Assembly: GCA_963777155.1 (NCBI GenBank)
Contig: CAVZPM010000038.1
Location: 1 to 64,000, forward strand
From: Candidatus Bathyarchaeota archaeon
GTDB taxonomy: Archaea; Thermoproteota; Bathyarchaeia; Bathyarchaeales; Bathycorpusculaceae
DNA: 64,000 nucleotides
Direction: 5' to 3'
In this document: one piece after another, positions 62,353 through 64,000 of the stretch
How the letters are laid out: every line of letters starts with the position of its first letter
Numbering within the stretch: position 1 is the first letter of the stretch
Notes under the pieces: generated by a model
The model's database searches: none
Told to the model about the DNA's origin: nothing
The model's input: only the letters and a program-made list of their open reading frames with translations
Made by a program: the position numbers and the translations under genes

Positions 62353-63906
62353 GTGTTCGAAATGGAGTTAAGCGTTGAAACCTTGATGATCACTACGGGT
62401 GGTAGCAGAATCGCACTACTTAGCGAGCAAACCGCCAGCCTTTTAGGAGTACATAGTTCAGACAGGATAAAAATAACCTGCGAAAAACAAGAGATGATAG
62501 CCATCGCCAACATCGCTGATTATTTTCCACAAAACCGCGTTGGACTCTACCGAGAAACCGTTACAGCACTCGGAGTTAAGGAAGGCGAAACTGTGAATGT
62601 GCAGTTAGCACCATTGCCTGAATCGCTCTTTAACATACGCGCCAAGCTGCATGGGGAACGCTTACGCGAGAAAGATATTATGGCCATCGTAAAGGACGTT
62701 ATAGAGAGACATTTAAGCACGGTTGAAATCGCCGCGTTCCTTACAGCACTTAGCATCCATGGATTGAGCACGGGTGAGACCGAATCTCTTTCAAGAGCCA
62801 TGATTTCTACTGGCAAAACAATTGATTTCGGCAAAAGACCCATCCTAGACAAGCATAGTGTAGGTGGAATCCCAGGTGATAAAACTAGCATGCTCGTTGT
62901 ACCCATTGTGGCAGCGGCAGGTTTCACGATCCCCAAAACTTCCTCGCGAGCCATCACCTCCCCAGCTGGCACAGCAGACCGAGTTGAGACCCTTTGCCCA
63001 GTCAACTTATCCATAAAAGAAATCAAAGAAGTCGTCTCAAAAACAAATGGTTGCCTAGTCTGGGGTGGGTCTTTGGAGCTTGCGCCAGCCGATGATCTCT
63101 TCATTCAAGTTGAATACCCTCTGGGAATCGACCCTATGCTTTTACCTTCGATTCTAAGTAAGAAGAAAGCCATCGGAGCAACACATGTAGCAATCGACAT
63201 CCCGACGGGTATGGGTGCTAAAATCAAAACCCGAACTGAAGCCTACACTTTGGCATCCGATTTTGTAGATTTGGGTAAACGGTTAGGGTTAAACATCCAA
63301 TGCGCGTTGACTTTTGGGGAACAACCCTTGGGTTACGGAATCGGACCCGCCTTGGAAGCAAGGGAAGCGTTGACTACTCTTATGGGTGCGGGTCCACCTG
63401 ATTTACGTGAAAAAGCCGTTTCCCTCGCTGGAATGCTCTTCGAAATGGTAGGAGCCAAAAACGGTCGAGCCATGGCTGAAAAAATGATTGATTCGGGCAA
63501 AGCAATGAAAAAGATGCGTGAAATCATAGCTGCTCAAGGCGGAAATCCATCGGTTAAGCCTGAAGAGTTGCCTATTGGTCAAGAATCAGCTATTGTGCGT
63601 TCAGAGCAGGCAGGCAGAGTCCTCTGGCTAAGCACAGACGACATTGTGAGGATAGCTAGAGAAGCTGGGGCACCAAAAGAGAAGGGAGCAGGCGTTGTTT
63701 TGCATGCAAAGTTAGGCGGGACAGTTCACAAAGGTGGTGTGCTCCTTGAAATCTATGCTGAGCGAAGCAGCAAGTTGGCTTCAGCGCTAGAACTAGCGGG
63801 GAAACTCTCTCCGATTGTATTAAGTAAGAAACCAGAGGAAAAAATGATTCTGGACAAAGTACCAGAGAAAACCAGACATGAAAAAGCGTTCAATATAGAC
63901 AGGTAA
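62353..63906 (+). CDS. AMP phosphorylase (archaeal thymidine phosphorylase family)
   Basis: DKHSVGGIPGDKT, PKTSSRAITSPAGTAD, GIGPALEAR, AQGG, N-terminal extra domain. Confidence 0.93.
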   Translation: MFEMELSVETLMITTGGSRIALLSEQTASLLGVHSSDRIKITCEKQEMIAIANIADYFPQNRVGLYRETVTALGVKEGETVNVQLAPLPESLFNIRAKLHGERLREKDIMAIVKDVIERHLSTVEIAAFLTALSIHGLSTGETESLSRAMISTGKTIDFGKRPILDKHSVGGIPGDKTSMLVVPIVAAAGFTIPKTSSRAITSPAGTADRVETLCPVNLSIKEIKEVVSKTNGCLVWGGSLELAPADDLFIQVEYPLGIDPMLLPSILSKKKAIGATHVAIDIPTGMGAKIKTRTEAYTLASDFVDLGKRLGLNIQCALTFGEQPLGYGIGPALEAREALTTLMGAGPPDLREKAVSLAGMLFEMVGAKNGRAMAEKMIDSGKAMKKMREIIAAQGGNPSVKPEELPIGQESAIVRSEQAGRVLWLSTDDIVRIAREAGAPKEKGAGVVLHAKLGGTVHKGGVLLEIYAERSSKLASALELAGKLSPIVLSKKPEEKMILDKVPEKTRHEKAFNIDR

Positions 63907-63914
63907 CTACTTAG

Positions 63915-64000
63915 TTACCGTGTTATTGCTCCGCCGATTAAGCCGCCTATGGTTGCAATAACAGTAACAACGACGGCGAGAACAATTCCGAGCACTAAAC
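63915..64000 (-). CDS. 3' end of a membrane protein (partial)
   Basis: ...LVLGIVLAVVVTVIATIGGLIGGAITR*. Confidence 0.6.
   Translation of the reverse strand, partial: LVLGIVLAVVVTVIATIGGLIGGAITR

Overview
Archaeal chromosomal segment, most likely Candidatus Bathyarchaeia. This is an inference from aRF1, aIF2-alpha, Alba, Ftr, eukaryote-like topoisomerase IB, a form III RuBisCO/AMP phosphorylase pathway and paralogous beta-propeller surface proteins. Single-base indels split many genes, including essential ones, which points to an unpolished long-read assembly. Contents: PerR/Fur-katG; a HemN-like radical SAM; a PadR-ABC exporter; an ECF Ni/Co transporter with a NikR-like operator; three toxin-antitoxin pairs; three tRNAs (Ala-UGC, Leu-UAG, Thr-GGU), two with degenerate att-like copies of their 3' ends; a GT-C/PMT/GT2 glycosylation operon; and the pentose-bisphosphate genes. 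Best candidate for an undescribed system: a tightly coupled three-gene operon at 11802-15146. It encodes a membrane zinc-ribbon protein, a single-pass membrane protein ending in CACAACACACACVSCACACAGGGGH, and a radical SAM/SPASM enzyme with an N-terminal PqqD/RRE-like domain. This looks like a RiPP-type maturase whose substrate is the cytoplasmic tail of a large membrane protein. Several small genes missing from the ORF track were also found.
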